Below are positions 46,847 through 58,299 of a stretch of DNA of 64,000 nucleotides, piece by piece; positions within the stretch are counted from its first letter, which is position 1; every line of letters starts with the position of its first letter. The translations under genes and the position numbers were made by a program. The notes beneath the pieces were generated by a model. The model searched no databases. It was not told the origin of the DNA and saw only the letters and a program-made list of their open reading frames with translations. Source of the stretch: Chloroflexota bacterium (GTDB taxonomy: Bacteria; Chloroflexota; UBA11872; VXNJ01); assembly GCA_965261345.1 (NCBI GenBank), contig OZ253449.1, positions 1,696,001 to 1,760,000 on the forward strand, written 5' to 3'.

Positions 46847-47539
46847 TTGGCAAAGTGGCTAGATTTGGGCTGCCGACCGGGAAGTGCGCGAATTAGCCTG
46901 TTTGCCGACCGCTGCGATGCCGGCACCCGACTGGGGGTCAAGCTACGGCGACAAGGCATCCGATCGGGATTGCTGTTTGGAATCCTGCGCGGCGGACTGG
47001 TTGTAGCGCGGTCGGCCGGTGCTGAACTTGAATTGCCAGCCCACGGATTGGCGGTTCTAAAAATCCGCGCACCGCGGCAGGACGAGCTGGCCATCGGTGC
47101 GGTCACTGCAACCGGTCCGACCTATATCAATCAATCGTCCATTGACCGGCTTCGGGTGAAACGCCAATACCTGGATGCCGAGCTGGCCGATCGCCAACGG
47201 GCGGCCCAAGAGCTGCAGCAGCAATTCGGCGTGCTCGATCCGGGAGCGATCGCGGCCGCTGATTCGGTGGTGGTAATCGACGACGGCTTAGCGACCGGGG
47301 CCACCGCGATCGCGGCCGCGGCCTGCCTTTCCCGGTTGGGCGGGAAGGAATTGATCATCGCCGCCCCGGTTGCCCCTCCGTCGACCGTGCGGCTTCTGCT
47401 GGCGGCGGGGTTTGATCGCGCGGTCTGCCTGCGCACGCCGGCCGATTTCTATGCCGTGGGACAGTTCTATGCGCAGTTTTTGCCGGTGGGACAAGCACAA
47501 TTGAGGGAATTGGCAATCGGGCCAAAACACCTTCCGTAG
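46847..47539 (+). CDS. Phosphoribosyltransferase-family protein
   Basis: FADRCDAG, RGG, ELAIGA, PRPP loop VIDDGLATGAT and AVGQFY motifs; start uncertain. Confidence 0.88.
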   Translation: MAKWLDLGCRPGSARISLFADRCDAGTRLGVKLRRQGIRSGLLFGILRGGLVVARSAGAELELPAHGLAVLKIRAPRQDELAIGAVTATGPTYINQSSIDRLRVKRQYLDAELADRQRAAQELQQQFGVLDPGAIAAADSVVVIDDGLATGATAIAAAACLSRLGGKELIIAAPVAPPSTVRLLLAAGFDRAVCLRTPADFYAVGQFYAQFLPVGQAQLRELAIGPKHLP

Positions 47540-47584
47540 GGGAACCCGCCAGCTCTTGGGCGGCGCAGCAAAGGTAGAGATGGA

Positions 47585-48424
47585 ATGAAATTTGGCAGTG
47601 GCGATCATCGCTTTGAACTGGTGCCCGGTTGGCCGCAGCGCCCTCCCGACCTCAATCTCGGCTGGATCGGCGGGATCGGGGTTACCAGCAGTGGGCGGGC
47701 CTACGTCTACAACCGCGGCGATTACCCGATGGCGGTATTTGACGCCGAATCGGGGGAATTTATCAAGGTGTGGGACGAACCACGGTTCGTGCATGCCCAC
47801 GGGGTCTGGGTCGACGAGGGTGACCGGCTCTGGCTAACCGACCAGAAGGCGCATGTGATCTGGGTGTGTGACGAAGACGGGCAGATCCTCGATCACATTG
47901 GCAACGAGGGTCAAAAAGGTGCCGCCGACGGTGACCCGTTCAACGAGCCCACCGACATCGCCCTGGCCGGTGACCTTGGCTACTTCGTGTCCGACGGTTA
48001 CGGCAACAGTCACATTCACCACATCGCGCCGGACCATTCGCTGGTTACCACCTGGGGCGGGCGCGGTAACGGTCCGGGACAGTTCAACCTGCCGCACTGC
48101 GTCCATTACGACTCGCGCGGACGGGTCTGGGTTGCCGATCGCGAGAACAACCGCATCCAGTTGTTTGACACCGCCGGCAATCACCTGGAAACCTGGACCG
48201 GTTTCCTTCGCCCGGCCGACTTTGTCACCGCCGGCCCCGATCTGGTTTACGTTTGCGAACTGGGCGGAAGGATAGCGGTCCTAGACCTCGATGGCGGCAT
48301 CGTCGAGCGCTTCGATCTGCCCGATCCGCGCGCCCCGCACGGCATTTGGCTGGATAAGGCTGGCAACCTCTACGTGGTCGAGGTGCAGGCCGATAACAAG
48401 CTCTACAAGCTGGCGCGCTGTTAG
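47585..48424 (+). CDS. NHL-repeat beta-propeller (peptidyl-alpha-hydroxyglycine lyase-like)
   Basis: HAHG, FNEPTDIA, VSDGYGN, QFNLPH and VADRENNRIQ motifs. Confidence 0.88.
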   Translation: MKFGSGDHRFELVPGWPQRPPDLNLGWIGGIGVTSSGRAYVYNRGDYPMAVFDAESGEFIKVWDEPRFVHAHGVWVDEGDRLWLTDQKAHVIWVCDEDGQILDHIGNEGQKGAADGDPFNEPTDIALAGDLGYFVSDGYGNSHIHHIAPDHSLVTTWGGRGNGPGQFNLPHCVHYDSRGRVWVADRENNRIQLFDTAGNHLETWTGFLRPADFVTAGPDLVYVCELGGRIAVLDLDGGIVERFDLPDPRAPHGIWLDKAGNLYVVEVQADNKLYKLARC

Positions 48425-49017
48425 GCCGCCGCCGGCCCGGAGATTGATCGGTATAGCCGGCCGAGGCGCGCCTGGGCGGCCACCAGTCCGAGCGGTTCCC
48501 GCCCGGACCCGCGCAGCGCCTTGACCGCCTGAGCCAACTGGCGCCGGCGGGTTTCCCCCTCACAAACGACCAGGATGCTCAGATCAGTCACCGCGCTCAA
48601 GGCGAGGGCATCGGCCGAGTCGGCTAGGTTGCCAGTTAGCAGCACCACGACGCCGGTCTCTCCGGCCCTGGCGATCCAATCACCAAGTTGGCGGCCGGCG
48701 ATGGTGGCCGGAGAAAGCAGGCCGGCATAAATTGGGAGCTCCTGACCGTCGAGAGCTTTCGGCGGTCCCGCGGCTAGGACATGGGCGAGGCTCTCGGCCC
48801 CGCCCGAGAGCGAACCGGCCAATCCGGTTGGCACTGACGCGGCCTCAATGAGCATCGTGCCATGACCGGATTCGGCCAGCGCCCGGCAGAGGTTTAGGGC
48901 TACCGAACCGGCGTCGGCGGCCGGTCCGGGGGCGGCGACCAGGACCACCCCCTGCGCGCTACCCAGGGCCGCCAGCACCCGGGCCCGCAGCTGACTCAGC
49001 TCGAATTGGGCGTCCAT
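48421..49017 (-). CDS. Degenerate CpsD/CapB BY-kinase homolog
   Basis: CpsD-like layout (LRARV, VALNL..ALAESG, DALALS..D..ILVV..GET) beside a CpsC-like gene; Walker A GK absent. Confidence 0.65.
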   Translation of the reverse strand: MDAQFELSQLRARVLAALGSAQGVVLVAAPGPAADAGSVALNLCRALAESGHGTMLIEAASVPTGLAGSLSGGAESLAHVLAAGPPKALDGQELPIYAGLLSPATIAGRQLGDWIARAGETGVVVLLTGNLADSADALALSAVTDLSILVVCEGETRRRQLAQAVKALRGSGREPLGLVAAQARLGRLYRSISGPAAA

Positions 49018-49020
49018 GCT

Positions 49021-49701
49021 TTAAGCGGTGTCCAGCCGGGCCAGCAGCGGCAACTCGCCGCGGTCGGGAAGGCGATCAAGGTAGAGCCGATCACGCCGCG
49101 CCGCTCCCACGATGGCAACCAGGAGCGATCCCAGAAATGCGATCGCGGTGACCAATCCGACCGCGATCGCCTCGGCCAGGGCGGCCTCCAGATCAAGCCG
49201 CGAATCCAGGTCGATAACTGCCAGATGGGCGATTTCGGCAATCGCCGGCAGCAGGATGTGAGCGTCGCTGCCGAGTGCCTCGGCCGCGGCCTGGGCGGCC
49301 AGCCGGGCGGTCTGCTGGTCATGGGACCGCGCGTAAAAAGTGAGTCCGCGATGGGTGCGTTCAGCGCTAAGCAATGCACCAAACGATTCAGCGTCGAGGT
49401 GTATGTCGTACTCACTGACAATGCGGTCACTGGCCAGCCGGGCAAAGGATGATCCGATCACCAGCTGCTCGAGATCATCCATTAGGTAATCGATCGCCAC
49501 GGTGCGCGAGATTTCGACATCGTAGGCAGGTGCCTGCGCGCCGTCGGGGACCTTGAAGCTGACCAGGATCTGGGCCCGGCCAATGTAGTCGGGTGGGTTC
49601 AGCATCGCCCAGGCCAGACTAATAGCCAAGGCGGCAAGGGTGACCAACCCGACGGCCAGGCGATTGCGCCGAAGAATTGCCAGCAGGCTGTCAGCGTACA
49701 C
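49021..49701 (-). CDS. Wzz/CpsC-like polysaccharide chain-length determinant
   Basis: Two TMs flanking an extracellular loop (PPDY.G.AQI); GTG start overlapping the upstream stop. Confidence 0.7.
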   Translation of the reverse strand: MYADSLLAILRRNRLAVGLVTLAALAISLAWAMLNPPDYIGRAQILVSFKVPDGAQAPAYDVEISRTVAIDYLMDDLEQLVIGSSFARLASDRIVSEYDIHLDAESFGALLSAERTHRGLTFYARSHDQQTARLAAQAAAEALGSDAHILLPAIAEIAHLAVIDLDSRLDLEAALAEAIAVGLVTAIAFLGSLLVAIVGAARRDRLYLDRLPDRGELPLLARLDTA

Positions 49702-50860
49702 GATTGACCTTAGGTTGTTTGGTTGGGGCGCGACCGAGATCGTGCGACCAGGTCCCCAAATTATTGATGTAGGCGGAGAGTTCGCTGGCAAATCGCGCCA
49801 CTGAAAACTTTTGCGCGTGGTCAACCAGGGTGCCTGGATCAAACGACCCGGCATCGAATTTCTCCAGCGTGGCAATCAGCGAGGGCGCCGTGGGCTGGTC
49901 GAAAAAGACGCCGGTGCGATCCGGCAGCACCGTTTCCAGGGCGCCCCCGCCGGCGAAGGCGATCACCGGCCGACCGGCCGCCTGGGCCTCGACCGGTACG
50001 AGGCCGAAGTCCTCTTCACCGGGAAAGATCACCGCCCGGCAGCGGGCCAGCTCATGGGCAAGACGCTGCTCGCTGACCCGCCCTGCAAATTCAATCGTGG
50101 GACCGGAAATGGATCGCAGATCTGGTTCGGCCCGCCCGGCGCCCAGAATTTTGAGTCTGAGTTTGAGCGCGTTGCAGGCGCGGATCGCCACGTCTATCCG
50201 TTTGTAGGGCGCAAGTCGGGAAACGAGCAGCAGGTGATCGCCGATTTCGGCCGCCGGGGCCGGTGCGAACTGCTCGGTGCGCACTGGTGGATAGATGATG
50301 TCGGAGCGGCGCCCGTAGTACCGCCTGATGCGCTCGGCCACGCACCTGGAGATGGCAATGAAATAATCGGTTCGATCGGCCATCATCTTGTCCAATCGAC
50401 GCAGACCCTCCAATCCCAGGCGGACCGCACCATCAAGGGCCCTGGGATAGTCGCGCTCGGCGGCCAGGTAGCGTTGCGAATCCCAAAGATAACGCGGCGG
50501 GGTCAGGCAGTAACAGACGTGAGTGGTATTGCCATTGGTGGGGATCCAGCGACAGAATCCCGAGGCGTTGGAAATGATTACATCGGCGTCGCTTATCCAC
50601 CAGCGGGCAAAAGTGGCCGCATAAGCTGGCAAATAGCGGCGGTGGTGGCTAAATACCGCCGGCAGGACCTGCATCAATGAGGTGCGCACGTCCAGCGACG
50701 CAAATTCTTCGTCAAGGGCGTCCGGGTCAAATATCGACGTGTAGATTGGCGAATCGGGCCACAATCGGGCCATTTCAAGCAGCGCCCGCTCGGCCCCACC
50801 CATCTGGTTTAGCCAGTCGTGGACCAGGGCAACCCGGGGCCGGTGGTTGGATCGGGCCAT
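49691..50860 (-). CDS. GT4 glycosyltransferase (WbaZ-like)
   Basis: VHDWLNQMGGAER, RLAPYKR and EEDFGLVPVEAQAAG motifs. Confidence 0.9.
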   Translation of the reverse strand: MARSNHRPRVALVHDWLNQMGGAERALLEMARLWPDSPIYTSIFDPDALDEEFASLDVRTSLMQVLPAVFSHHRRYLPAYAATFARWWISDADVIISNASGFCRWIPTNGNTTHVCYCLTPPRYLWDSQRYLAAERDYPRALDGAVRLGLEGLRRLDKMMADRTDYFIAISRCVAERIRRYYGRRSDIIYPPVRTEQFAPAPAAEIGDHLLLVSRLAPYKRIDVAIRACNALKLRLKILGAGRAEPDLRSISGPTIEFAGRVSEQRLAHELARCRAVIFPGEEDFGLVPVEAQAAGRPVIAFAGGGALETVLPDRTGVFFDQPTAPSLIATLEKFDAGSFDPGTLVDHAQKFSVARFASELSAYINNLGTWSHDLGRAPTKQPKVNRVR

Positions 50861-52254
50861 CAGTAGGCCCCCTCCCCTTTGAGCACCGCCGGAATCGTGC
50901 GCAGCAGGATTTTGAGGTCGAGACCCGGCGACCAGTGTCCTACGTAATAGGTGTCGAGCATGATCATTTCCTCAAAGCCCAAGTTCGAGCGTCCGCTGAC
51001 CTGCCAGAGTCCGGTAATCCCTGGTGCGGCCAGCAGACGGTTGAAGGCAAATTCATCGTATGCGAGCACTTCGTCGGGGATCTGCGCGCGCGGCCCCACC
51101 AGGCTCATCTCCCCCCGCAACACGTTAAGCAGTTGCGGCAGTTCGTCCAGCGAGGTCTTGCGCAGCCAGCGCCCGACCCGGGTGACCCGCGGATCGTGGC
51201 GTGGTTTGAAGAGAGCCTGATTGCGAGCCTCGGGGAATACGTCGTAACGCGCCTGCGGGGCTCCCTGGACCATCGAACGGAACTTTAGCATCCGGAACAT
51301 CTCCCGACCGCGACCCACCCGCTGCTGTCCAAAGAGCGCCGGGCCGGCCGAGTCGAGCCGTATGGCGATCGCGGTCGCGGCCAGGACTGGGCTAAGCAGC
51401 ACCAGTGCGGTCGCGGCCAGGGCGATATCTAGACCGCGCTTTAGGGCCGCGTTGAATCCGGTTATCTGGTTCCGCGATATCGTAAGCAACGGAATTCCGG
51501 CCACCGCTTCGGTCCTGACCTGCCCCGCCTGGAGGGCCAACAAGTCGGGTACCAGGGTGAATCTGAGCACGCGTCGACGGCAAATTTCGATCAGTTCGTT
51601 AACGTGCGAACTATCTTCCAGCGGTAGGGCGATTACCAAACGATCGGCCGCATGGGCATCCAACACGGCCTCGATCGATGCCAGCCCGCCGAGCCGGTCA
51701 AAGCGGCCGAAATTGCGCGGATTATCTTCGGAATGATCGACGAAACCGACCATTACCATGCCGGCGCCGGCGTTTCCGCGGATCTGCTGCATGAGCATCT
51801 TGGCCAGGGTTCCGCGCCCGATCACGATCACCCGCTCGCAACCGATGCCGCGTCGAAAGCGGGATACGTACCAGCGGTGCACCAGCAGTCGCAGCAGCGC
51901 CACGATCAGCACCGTGGCCACCCCGAGATAGGCGAACATGAGTCGCGACGAAGGAGGGAAGGCCTCGCGCACCAGGTAGGAGGCAACGATCACCGCCGCC
52001 TCTGCCAGCAATCCGGCCAGGATGATCTTGCCGATCTGGTCCAACCAGGAACTTAGCGCCGCCCGGCGGTAGAGACCAAAGGCTGCCAGCGCGGCCAGCA
52101 TGGCACCTCCGAATACGAGCCCGACGAGGCCGAAATCGATTAGCGGAACATACAACCCGGGGGAAATCGCCCCGCCGAGTTCCAACTCGTAGCGCAGGCC
52201 GAAAGCCAGTAGCCAGGCTATCGCCACCGCGGACAGGTCCAGTCCCGGCAGCAT
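50860..52254 (-). CDS. Priming undecaprenyl-phosphate sugar phosphotransferase (WcaJ/CpsE-like)
   Basis: Four TMs, Rossmann-like domain, [24 protein letters not shown] and [12 protein letters not shown]; start uncertain (ATG 52254 or CTG 52332). Confidence 0.9.
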   Translation of the reverse strand: MLPGLDLSAVAIAWLLAFGLRYELELGGAISPGLYVPLIDFGLVGLVFGGAMLAALAAFGLYRRAALSSWLDQIGKIILAGLLAEAAVIVASYLVREAFPPSSRLMFAYLGVATVLIVALLRLLVHRWYVSRFRRGIGCERVIVIGRGTLAKMLMQQIRGNAGAGMVMVGFVDHSEDNPRNFGRFDRLGGLASIEAVLDAHAADRLVIALPLEDSSHVNELIEICRRRVLRFTLVPDLLALQAGQVRTEAVAGIPLLTISRNQITGFNAALKRGLDIALAATALVLLSPVLAATAIAIRLDSAGPALFGQQRVGRGREMFRMLKFRSMVQGAPQARYDVFPEARNQALFKPRHDPRVTRVGRWLRKTSLDELPQLLNVLRGEMSLVGPRAQIPDEVLAYDEFAFNRLLAAPGITGLWQVSGRSNLGFEEMIMLDTYYVGHWSPGLDLKILLRTIPAVLKGEGAY

Positions 52255-52328
52255 CTTCTGGCGCCGCAGCAGACGGCGCTCAATATGGGCCGGCCCGCGG
52301 CCACCGTCGGTGCCCGGTGACGTCGGAA

Positions 52329-53474
52329 TCAGGTCTCCAGGGCCCGTTGGTAGGCCAACAGCGCCCCCTGCGCGGTTTTCTGCCAGGTAAAGCGCCGGGC
52401 CTGGAGTGGGCCCTGTGCTCGTAGGGTTGCGGCGGTCGACGGGTCGTTGCAAATCTGGACTAGGGCGGCGGTAATTGAATCAATGTTATTGGGGTCAAAT
52501 AGGATTCCGGCGTTGCCCAAAACCTCGGGCAGGGACGAGGAATTGGCCGCCGCAACCGGGGTCCCGCAGGCTAAGGCTTCCAAGACCGGCAGTCCGAACC
52601 CCTCGTAGATGGACGGATAGACGAACGCTTCGGCGGCCGAATACCACATCTGCTTTTCATGTTCGGCAACATACCCCGGGACGATGACCCGATCGGCGAC
52701 GCCGGCGTTACGGGCAAGCGCGCTCAGATCGATATCGCCCCATCCGCGGCCGCCGGCGAGCACCAGCCAACCCGGGTAGCCCTGCCGGCGCATCCGGGCA
52801 AAGGCCGAAATCAGGCGGGCCAGGTTCTTGCGCGGTTCGATGGTTCCCAGGAACAGCAGGAAACGCTCAGGCAGCTCCCGATCGCGCCTAAAACGGGCCA
52901 GTTCCGCCGGGTCGCTAACTTCCGCGAGGCCGTCCGCCAATCCCGGATAGGCAACTATTAGGCGCTCGTTGCCGATTCCAAAATGGGTGGCGACGTCCTT
53001 CCCGGTGGCCCGTGAGTCGACCAGGATTGCCGATGCCCGCCTGGCCGACCGGGCGCACGCGACTCTCAGGTAGGCGCGGCGTCTCCAGGGATGGGCATGC
53101 GGCGTGGCGATAAACGAAAGATCGTGGATGGTAAGTACCTGCCGACAGCGAGATAGCTGCGGGGAGACGTTGAGCAGACCGTGCAGGATCTGGACGCCGG
53201 CTCTATTTGCCGCCAGTGGCAGACCGGTTTGCTCCCATCCGATCCGCAGCCAGGGTTGGCTGCCGGGAAAAGGCGAGCGGATGAGTCTGGCTGAGCCGAG
53301 TTCGGGCAGGATCCGGGCGTCAAAGTCGGTGTTGCAGAAAACGACGTAATCATGTTCATCCGAATGCCCGCCGAGCAGTTGGGCGATCAGATTGCGGGCA
53401 TAGACGCTGACGCCGGCGTTGCGGTAGCCTTCGTTCGAATGCATGCAGGTGGCGTCGAGCCCGATTACTGCCAA
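52329..53474 (-). CDS. GT4 glycosyltransferase (MtfB/WbpY-like)
   Basis: TIHDL, GTIEPRKN, PSIYEGFGLPVLEA and SSLPEV motifs. Confidence 0.9.
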   Translation of the reverse strand: MAVIGLDATCMHSNEGYRNAGVSVYARNLIAQLLGGHSDEHDYVVFCNTDFDARILPELGSARLIRSPFPGSQPWLRIGWEQTGLPLAANRAGVQILHGLLNVSPQLSRCRQVLTIHDLSFIATPHAHPWRRRAYLRVACARSARRASAILVDSRATGKDVATHFGIGNERLIVAYPGLADGLAEVSDPAELARFRRDRELPERFLLFLGTIEPRKNLARLISAFARMRRQGYPGWLVLAGGRGWGDIDLSALARNAGVADRVIVPGYVAEHEKQMWYSAAEAFVYPSIYEGFGLPVLEALACGTPVAAANSSSLPEVLGNAGILFDPNNIDSITAALVQICNDPSTAATLRAQGPLQARRFTWQKTAQGALLAYQRALET

Positions 53475-53526
53475 TGGCGAACGCGGTTGGCTCGGACCCG
53501 GGCCAATGGGTTTGCGGGAATGGCAA

Positions 53527-53555
53527 AGAGGCTGGGGTTATTGGCCCCAGCCTCT
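53527..53555 (-). terminator. Putative intrinsic terminator after the sugar ABC ATPase
   Basis: 11-bp stem AGAGGCTGGGG/CCCCAGCCTCT with only a short T run on the minus strand. Confidence 0.55.
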
Positions 53556-53584
53556 GTTAAGAGCGTTGGTTAACGCCTATCTGC

Positions 53585-54712
<1,128 letters not shown>

Positions 54713-54938
54713 AAGCGATCAACACCCTTTCTGTCCGACGCATTAGCCGTCGGACCTTGTTGGATCGGAAACGCCCAGGGCAGACTACCGATCCGGCAAA
54801 ACCAGAACTGTTCGGCAAAAACCGTGCCTTGCCAGCAGAGGCGATTACTCACCCCTTAGCAATTAGCTTAAACCAGCAAGGATCTGGACCGGGCCCACAA
54901 ACCAATCCCGGCCCGGCCGATGCTTGCCTCGGTTCGCT

Positions 54939-55775
54939 TCAGCCGGTCACCGCCCCGGCGGTCAAACCGGCCGCCATCCGGCGTTGCACCAGCAACGCAA
55001 ATATCATCACCGGCAGCACCACCATGGTCCCGGCGGCATGCAGTTCGCCCCAGGAGACCTGCTCGACCCCGACGAAGTTGAAGACGCTGATCGGGGCGGT
55101 ACGGGCGGTGGCGCCGGCCAGTGAGAAGGCGAATAGAAATTCGTTCCAGGAAAAAATAAGCAGCAGGATGGCGGTGGCGGCAATTCCCGGGGCGGCCAAC
55201 GGGAGGACGATCCGCACGATCAATTGCGCCCTGGTGCAGCCGTCGACTAAGGCGGCCTCTTCCAGTTCCAACGGAATTTCGGCGATGAATTCGCGCAGCA
55301 TCCATACCGCGATCGAAAGATTGAGTTGCACGTAGACCAGGATCAGGCCGTGCAATGTGTCCATGAGCCCAAAGCGGGTCCAGAGGAAAAAGAATGGCAG
55401 CAGCATCGCGATTGGGGGGATCGCTCGCGGCAGCAGCAGAAACAGGCTAAATGCCCGCTTGCCACGGAAGTTGTAACGGGCCAGCACGTAACCGGCCGGG
55501 ATCGAGACCACCAGGGCGACGATCACCGAACCGATTGAGACAATGATCGAATTGACGAAAAACCGGGTAAACGGCTGCTGGGTGCCGGCGATGACATGGC
55601 CGTAGTGTTCAAACGTGGGGGCGAAGTTGATCAACTTGGGAACCAGCGTGAACGCGTCGGTCTGGTGTTTGATCGAGGTAATTAGCACCAGGTACATCGG
55701 CAGAACCGCCCATACGAACACGACCAGCAGGCCAAAGTAGACCAGGCCATCGACGATTCGGCGTCGGGTTCGCAT
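54939..55775 (-). CDS. Carbohydrate ABC permease (MalG-like)
   Basis: ELEEAALVDG and WNEF motifs. Confidence 0.92.
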   Translation of the reverse strand: MRTRRRIVDGLVYFGLLVVFVWAVLPMYLVLITSIKHQTDAFTLVPKLINFAPTFEHYGHVIAGTQQPFTRFFVNSIIVSIGSVIVALVVSIPAGYVLARYNFRGKRAFSLFLLLPRAIPPIAMLLPFFFLWTRFGLMDTLHGLILVYVQLNLSIAVWMLREFIAEIPLELEEAALVDGCTRAQLIVRIVLPLAAPGIAATAILLLIFSWNEFLFAFSLAGATARTAPISVFNFVGVEQVSWGELHAAGTMVVLPVMIFALLVQRRMAAGLTAGAVTG

Positions 55776-55795
55776 CTAACCGTTAGATTTCATGG

Positions 55796-56686
55796 TCAGT
55801 AGCCCGCCCCGCGGCTGGCGCTCAGGGCTCGCGTGAATGCGGCGATGATGACGATCGAAAACATCGTCATCGCCAGTCCGGTGGCTGCCGCACCGCCGAA
55901 GTTCGAATACGAAAACATCGTCTCGTAGATGTAGATCGGCAGGGTCATCGTAACCCGTCCGGGTCCGCCCTGGGTCATTACGTAGATCATGTCGAAGGTG
56001 CGGAACGCATCGAGCATGCGCAGCATACCTGCAACCAGCAGCACCGGCATGATCATCGGCAGGACCACGAAGCGGAACCTTTGCCAGGCGTTGGCGCCGT
56101 CGATGTGCGAGGCCTCCAGCGGTTCGACCGGGACCGAGAGCAGGCCGGCGAAAATGATGATCGTAACAAACGGGGTCCAGTGCCAGATATCGACTAGCAC
56201 CACCCCTAGGATGGCCATATTCACGTCGCTTAGGATTGCCACCCGGCCCAGGCCGAAAGTGTCAAACAGAAAGCCGGCCAGGCCCCAGTTGGGGTCGTAT
56301 ATGAGGGTCTTGAAGGTGAGGGCCGAGACCACCGGGGTCATGACCATCGGCAAAAGCAGGGCCACCCGGAAAAAACTGCTGCCGCGCAATCGGCGGGTGA
56401 GCATGATGGCGATCAGCAGGCCCAGCAGCATCTGGGCGGTCACCGAACCGAAGGTAAATGTTGCCGAACGGACCACCGCGTTCGTGAAGTTGGCGTCGCC
56501 GAGCAGAAAGTCGAAATTGCTGAGCCCGATCCAACGCGGATCCTCGATCCCGCCGCGCCAAAAAGCAAACGCCAGGAAGAGATTTAGCAGCATCGGGGAA
56601 ACTGTTAGCACGATCAGCACCAACAGGGCTGGTGAGAGTCCGATGCCAAGCGATATAGACCGTCCGCCGATCTTGGGCAGAGCCAT
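55796..56686 (-). CDS. Carbohydrate ABC permease (MalF-like)
   Basis: WHWTPF, EASHIDGA and TQGGPG motifs. Confidence 0.92.
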   Translation of the reverse strand: MALPKIGGRSISLGIGLSPALLVLIVLTVSPMLLNLFLAFAFWRGGIEDPRWIGLSNFDFLLGDANFTNAVVRSATFTFGSVTAQMLLGLLIAIMLTRRLRGSSFFRVALLLPMVMTPVVSALTFKTLIYDPNWGLAGFLFDTFGLGRVAILSDVNMAILGVVLVDIWHWTPFVTIIIFAGLLSVPVEPLEASHIDGANAWQRFRFVVLPMIMPVLLVAGMLRMLDAFRTFDMIYVMTQGGPGRVTMTLPIYIYETMFSYSNFGGAAATGLAMTMFSIVIIAAFTRALSASRGAGY

Positions 56687-56768
56687 GGGTACTAGGCGAT
56701 TCCGGCCGGCGGCGCGCTAGCGGGCACCCAGATTTCCCAAGTCCAAGCGGCGCAATTTTTGAAGCGCG

Positions 56769-56796
56769 GCGCCCGACCGCGATCGCGGTCGGGCGC
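56769..56796. repeat. Perfect 28-bp palindrome between the solute-binding protein and permease genes
   Basis: GCGCCCGACCGCGATCGCGGTCGGGCGC is its own reverse complement. Confidence 0.85.
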
Positions 56797-56811
56797 TATT
56801 GCCAAGGCGAT

Positions 56812-58299
56812 TTATGAGTAGTAACCAGCACCCTCTAGTAGGTTGGTTACCGCGGCGGCCGAGGCCGCGCTGCCATCTTCGACCGATTTCTCGCCGGCGA
56901 TCATCGAGGACACCTCGATTCCCTGGATCCGCAGGATGTCCTGCGCCTCGGGGATCGGGCGCCCGTTGACCGAAGTTACCAGGTAATCGGGCCGGGCGGT
57001 GGAGATGCCGTGTCCAAAGACGACCGGCCACTGGCCGAAGTTCTTGGAATTGACAACGTCCTGCCAGACCTTCTGCTGGGTCACCCAGTTGCGAGCAGTT
57101 ACCCAGCGCAGCAGGGCAAAGCGCAGGGCGGTCAGCTTGGAGCTGGCCCATTGCATGTAGAGCCAGGCCGGATCCTTGCGTTCGGAGAAGTTGTTCATGC
57201 AGACCGTCCAGGTCCAGAACCCATGTTCGCCCTTCTCACCCGGATTGACGCCCGGCAGGTAGGTCACTCCGACCTTGCCCACGATCGAGGACGTATCGGG
57301 GTTTTCAAATGCCGGGGTGAACCCGAAGGTATCGGGCAACATGCCCGAGATCCCACCGGAGAAGTCTTCGAGGACATCCCGCCAGATCTTGGTTGAAGAC
57401 CCCGGCGGACCGTACTTGGTTACCAGGTCGACGTACTTCTGGGTTCCGGCAATGCTCTCGGGCGAATCGACGATGGATTCCCAGCTATCGCTGAGGTAAC
57501 CGCCGCCATAGGTATACGGAAATGCCGGGTACATGATCTGCAGGAACCCGCCGCGCAGCGAGATCCCGTAGAAATTGTTATCCGGATCGTTGAGCCTGGC
57601 CGCCGTTTCCTCCAGCTCGTCCATGGTGGTCGGCAGGTCGGTGATTCCCTTTTCCTCGAAAATGTCGGCTCGGTAGAAAGTGCCGTGCGAGACTGCGTCG
57701 AACGGGAGCGCGCCAATTTCGCTGCCCGCGGTTACCGCCCCGCGGACTGAGGGGTGAACATCTTCCCAGTCATACCACTCAATGTCGGTGTAGGCGGGGT
57801 CGTTGAGGTATCCGCTCAGATCCTGGATCAGACCGCCGTCCAGCCAACGCGGGATGTTGAAGGCGGCCGACCAGAACAGGTCGTAGTTGGTCGAACGCGA
57901 GGTGAGTTCAAGGTTGGTCTTGTCAAACAGCTGGGTCTCGCCGAGCAGCTCGTAATTTAGCTTGATCCCGGTTAGCTCCTCAAACTCCTCGGAAAGGCCC
58001 TGCTGCCAGGCGGTGACAAATCCGTTGACGCCAAGAATGTTGATCTGCGATCCCGCATATCGCGTCCAGTCAAGCGATGCCGCCTCGTAGGAGACGTCAG
58101 CCGAACCCTCGACCGCCCGGGCGGCCTCGACCTCGACTAGCTGGGTGACAATCTTTTCAACTTCAATCGTCGTTACTTTTTCAACCTCGACGGTAACGAT
58201 CTTTTCGACGGTTTCGCCGCAGGCGGCCAGGATCGCGGCCGCGCCAGCAGCGAGCCCGGCACCAAGAAATCGTCGTCGGCTAATTGCTGACCTGTCCAC
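56812..58299 (-). CDS. Carbohydrate ABC solute-binding lipoprotein with Tat signal
   Basis: SRRRFLG twin-arginine motif, LAAC lipobox, and YRADIFE, PTTMDEL and AWLYMQW motifs. Confidence 0.9.
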   Translation of the reverse strand: MDRSAISRRRFLGAGLAAGAAAILAACGETVEKIVTVEVEKVTTIEVEKIVTQLVEVEAARAVEGSADVSYEAASLDWTRYAGSQINILGVNGFVTAWQQGLSEEFEELTGIKLNYELLGETQLFDKTNLELTSRSTNYDLFWSAAFNIPRWLDGGLIQDLSGYLNDPAYTDIEWYDWEDVHPSVRGAVTAGSEIGALPFDAVSHGTFYRADIFEEKGITDLPTTMDELEETAARLNDPDNNFYGISLRGGFLQIMYPAFPYTYGGGYLSDSWESIVDSPESIAGTQKYVDLVTKYGPPGSSTKIWRDVLEDFSGGISGMLPDTFGFTPAFENPDTSSIVGKVGVTYLPGVNPGEKGEHGFWTWTVCMNNFSERKDPAWLYMQWASSKLTALRFALLRWVTARNWVTQQKVWQDVVNSKNFGQWPVVFGHGISTARPDYLVTSVNGRPIPEAQDILRIQGIEVSSMIAGEKSVEDGSAASAAAVTNLLEGAGYYS

